In this document: positions 61,353-64,000 of the stretch, piece after piece
How positions within the stretch are numbered: position 1 is the stretch's first letter
Layout of the letters: each line of letters starts with the position of its first letter
Source: Eukaryota sp. GEM-RC1
Lineage: Eukaryota
Direction: 5' to 3'
NCBI GenBank assembly: GCA_040285855.1
Contig: JAUFOQ010000010.1
Location: 620,001-684,000, forward strand
Length of the DNA stretch: 64,000 nucleotides
The notes under the pieces: model-generated
The model's database searches: none
What the model saw: only the letters and a program-made list of their open reading frames with translations
What the model was told of the DNA's origin: nothing
Translations under genes and position numbers: made by a program

Positions 61353-63940
61353 TCTACGTCAGTGGACTTACCATCAGAGGGTTTAGAGTACCTCTGGTTG
61401 AAGGACTTTCTAGGAAAACGAGAATTTCCACGGGAATGGTCACGAGACCTTCTTTGAGAGTTTGAAAACGATGTCGTTGGCATCGAACGCTTGTAATCGA
61501 TCCAAGCTGTCTTTACTTCACTCAAAAATTCAGGAAGCAAATGTTCATTGTTCTTTAAAGTGTGTTCCCACTTAACTTGGAGATCGTTTAGAGCAGCAAT
61601 TTCTTTCTGAGGATTGAGTGTACATAACACTAAGTCGGCTGAGATGCTAGCTGGGAGAAAAGTTCTACCAGTACCTAGGGAAATGGCTGTCGAACATTTT
61701 AAAATGTTGATAACAAGCTTTAGGTACCGATTCATTACAGTGGATGGATCATTAGATTGACTAAGTCTAAGATTCTTCAGATCATCCATAGCTTGAGTAG
61801 TAGAAGTGTATTGGCTCAGGAGAACCAATCTGAACCAAAGGTCTTTTTCAGTTATGTTTGAATCTGGACCTGGAACATTTAGAAGCTTCCAGTCACTCAG
61901 CAATTGACGATCAATGAATTCGGAAACACCAGTAGGATCAATCTCTAACAAAGTGAGTCTTACGAGATCAAATTTGTTGATTGGAGCGATACCTAAACGA
62001 GTGTCAAAGTCTTTACGATTTGATTGTTTCCGGACATGAATTGCCCAATAACTAAATTCATGGATGAACTTAATTATGTCCTCGCGACTCTCGGATTTGA
62101 GGCAGCTGGGTCTTGATTTCTTTGAAATGGACTTTTTCTTTGTTCGATCTTTTCTTTGAGGGACACCAGACAAAATGATGGGAGTATCAGCCAAAACGTT
62201 AGGTTCTTCGTCTTCAGATGAGCTATCTTCAGACATAGAGTCAGTGACATCAGAAAGTTCTGCCAAAGGTGATTTTGATTGAGAAGTTAGATCACTTATC
62301 TCGATCGAATTTGATCGTTTAGGAGTTTTTCTACTTCTGGTCATGTGAGCAACATGATTTTTTCTATTTTGAGCAAGCTGTTCTGAGGAGAGAGCCATGG
62401 ACATAGATTCATCACAACCTTTAGCAAAGCCTTCTGGCTTACGATAAACACTTTCATGTTCTTCTAAGCTGATGAATCTTTCTTCACCACCAAATTGAGC
62501 TTCAAAATTTTGGGTAGAGATACCATCTCTAAGACCGTGTGTAAATCTATCAACCTGCTCAGGTCTGTAAACTTCACCAGGGAAGAATCTTTGAACACTA
62601 TCTAAGCCATTTAAATCAGAAAGGTTCGGAGCAAATGTAGCTTTTTCACACATAGCTTGAGAAGCTAATGGGAGTACCAATTGGGAACCACCAATTCCAG
62701 AAAAAGGTTGAACAGGGACAGAGTCAACATCTTGTGGTGAAGTTGACAAACTATCCAGAACTCTTGTCGCCGCAGGTAAATGACTATACTGATGACCAGT
62801 AGGGAGCCATTCGGTACTTACAGAAACGTTGTGATATAACTTGCGTTTATTGTTCAACGAATGTAAGTACCAGGCGGAGTATTCATATGAAACTGACTGA
62901 CCATCAGCACTGAATATCTGGACTAAAGGTTCAATGATGATACCATGTCTAGGATCCCAAGAGTAGGTGGAAGGAAACCTATAAGTATCACCAGCTCTAC
63001 TATCATATAAGTCACCCAAAAACTGTTTTATGGCTTGAGGAGACGTGCCAGGAGGAACATTTTTCAGCAAGTAATGTCTTCCAGCAGGCATTCTATGACG
63101 CAAAGTGGGATGCCAGGGAGCAAATTTGGCAAGATGCCACAAGTCGTAGTCAGAGATGGAGACACTCTGATCGTACGGACTTACAAACGGGATGAGATCG
63201 TTGGGAACTGCATCTCTATGAGGTCTAGACACATAACCGGTTTGTTGTTCTACAGCTAGAGCTCTCTCAGTCATGGAAAGATTGGCTGTTTTTTGCTGTT
63301 GCTCCAGAAGCTGTCGTTTTGCTTCTTCTGCCCTGGTCTTATGCTGAGCTAGGACTGTTTGAAGTTGCCTAAGGCTCTCTTCAACCTCTCTAGACAGAGG
63401 AACTGAAGGATCAACGTTATCTTTATTTAATAAACTACTAACTAACAAGGAAGAATCAGAAACACGATGAGAGGGCAATGATGTTGGTGGAACTACAGAC
63501 GAAGTAGCATTACCCACAACATTGTCTCCCGGAGTACTAGTGGTATCTGAAGAGATAACGGGGACTCCGTATTTCTCCAGAACCTTCTTGATTCCAAGAG
63601 GATCTTCCTGTTCTGGTCCAATGGATGACTCCAAAGGACCAGGGTTGCCGCCAGACTCCGAAGAGCCCAAGGGTCTTATACCAGTCGTTTCGCCGGCTTC
63701 CGAAGAAGCCAAGGAACTTCCATCAACGTTTGAAGATGGGCTCTCGTGTGAGGAGAGACTCTCGGGTGAGGAGAGTTCGGACACAAAGTCCTCTTCATCT
63801 ACTGAGGATTCAGTAGGCACTTCGATCGGGGTGGCAGAGCTCTTCGATACTCTGGTGTTTTTGACAGACCTACTTGGCTGTCTGCGGTTAGTAACTCCTT
63901 TCTTAGGAGCAGCTGTAGTAAGATTCCTCTTTTTTACCAT
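61127..63940 (-). CDS. gag: Long Gag-like ORF; zinc knuckle completed only in the pol frame
   Basis: ATG at 63940, just inside the terminal repeat and upstream of pol. CFKCGKK + GHYAPDC forms CX2CX4HX4C across the frame change near 61335. Confidence 0.88.
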   Translation of the reverse strand: MVKKRNLTTAAPKKGVTNRRQPSRSVKNTRVSKSSATPIEVPTESSVDEEDFVSELSSPESLSSHESPSSNVDGSSLASSEAGETTGIRPLGSSESGGNPGPLESSIGPEQEDPLGIKKVLEKYGVPVISSDTTSTPGDNVVGNATSSVVPPTSLPSHRVSDSSLLVSSLLNKDNVDPSVPLSREVEESLRQLQTVLAQHKTRAEEAKRQLLEQQQKTANLSMTERALAVEQQTGYVSRPHRDAVPNDLIPFVSPYDQSVSISDYDLWHLAKFAPWHPTLRHRMPAGRHYLLKNVPPGTSPQAIKQFLGDLYDSRAGDTYRFPSTYSWDPRHGIIIEPLVQIFSADGQSVSYEYSAWYLHSLNNKRKLYHNVSVSTEWLPTGHQYSHLPAATRVLDSLSTSPQDVDSVPVQPFSGIGGSQLVLPLASQAMCEKATFAPNLSDLNGLDSVQRFFPGEVYRPEQVDRFTHGLRDGISTQNFEAQFGGEERFISLEEHESVYRKPEGFAKGCDESMSMALSSEQLAQNRKNHVAHMTRSRKTPKRSNSIEISDLTSQSKSPLAELSDVTDSMSEDSSSEDEEPNVLADTPIILSGVPQRKDRTKKKSISKKSRPSCLKSESREDIIKFIHEFSYWAIHVRKQSNRKDFDTRLGIAPINKFDLVRLTLLEIDPTGVSEFIDRQLLSDWKLLNVPGPDSNITEKDLWFRLVLLSQYTSTTQAMDDLKNLRLSQSNDPSTVMNRYLKLVINILKCSTAISLGTGRTFLPASISADLVLCTLNPQKEIAALNDLQVKWEHTLKNNEHLLPEFLSEVKTAWIDYKRSMPTTSFSNSQRRSRDHSRGNSRFPRKSFNQRYSKPSDGKSTDVECFKCGKKAIMLLIVVNLRIMQSPISVGLVIVVLIVVLVVLKIINLLDTFSKLIMHNIIQTKTLHHSNTLTLWLL

Positions 63941-64000
63941 GAGGATAATAATTATTAATACCTAAAGGTGCAAAGGGGAAGGTAAAGGGTGTTTATAAAT

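Larger units (their letters stand above)
57194..64000 (-). mobile_element. Ty3/gypsy LTR retrotransposon; 5' LTR runs off the window
   Basis: Domain order gag-PR-RT-RNaseH-INT. A 46-bp direct repeat 57244-57289 = 63955-64000. Polypurine tract AAGAAGAGAGAAGAGG precedes TGTTAG at 57335 on the minus strand. Confidence 0.97.

Overview
AT-rich eukaryotic (protist-like) DNA with no rRNA, tRNA or CRISPR array. (1) 1-27499 is a head-to-tail array of 30 complete units plus a diverged, truncated edge unit. Each unit is a near-invariant spacer followed by a ribonuclease-inhibitor-class (28-aa, 84-bp) LRR cassette with a shared C-terminal cap (...SLKSLHKNRIHF*). Unit length is 746 + 84n bp, with n = 0, 1, 3, 5, 8 or 10. 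Cassettes have no in-frame ATG. Their scaffold is nearly invariant at the DNA level, while four codons at or next to the LRR beta-strand are hypervariable, and spacers are mosaics of a few haplotypes. This looks like a recombining repertoire of variable LRR binding modules and is the best candidate for an undescribed system. (2) 27.5-57 kb holds four paralogues (two intact, two disrupted) with a shared, possibly F-box-like N-terminal domain plus 28-aa LRRs. It also holds a duplicated secreted Cys-rich peptide gene, a TE-disrupted membrane-protein gene, four or five non-autonomous hAT elements and a 138-bp MITE. A 3.66-kb unit bounded by that MITE family's termini encloses a non-LTR RT/RLE ORF. 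(3) 57.2-64 kb is a Ty3/gypsy retrotransposon on the minus strand. All family assignments come from motif recognition by eye, and no database searches were run.
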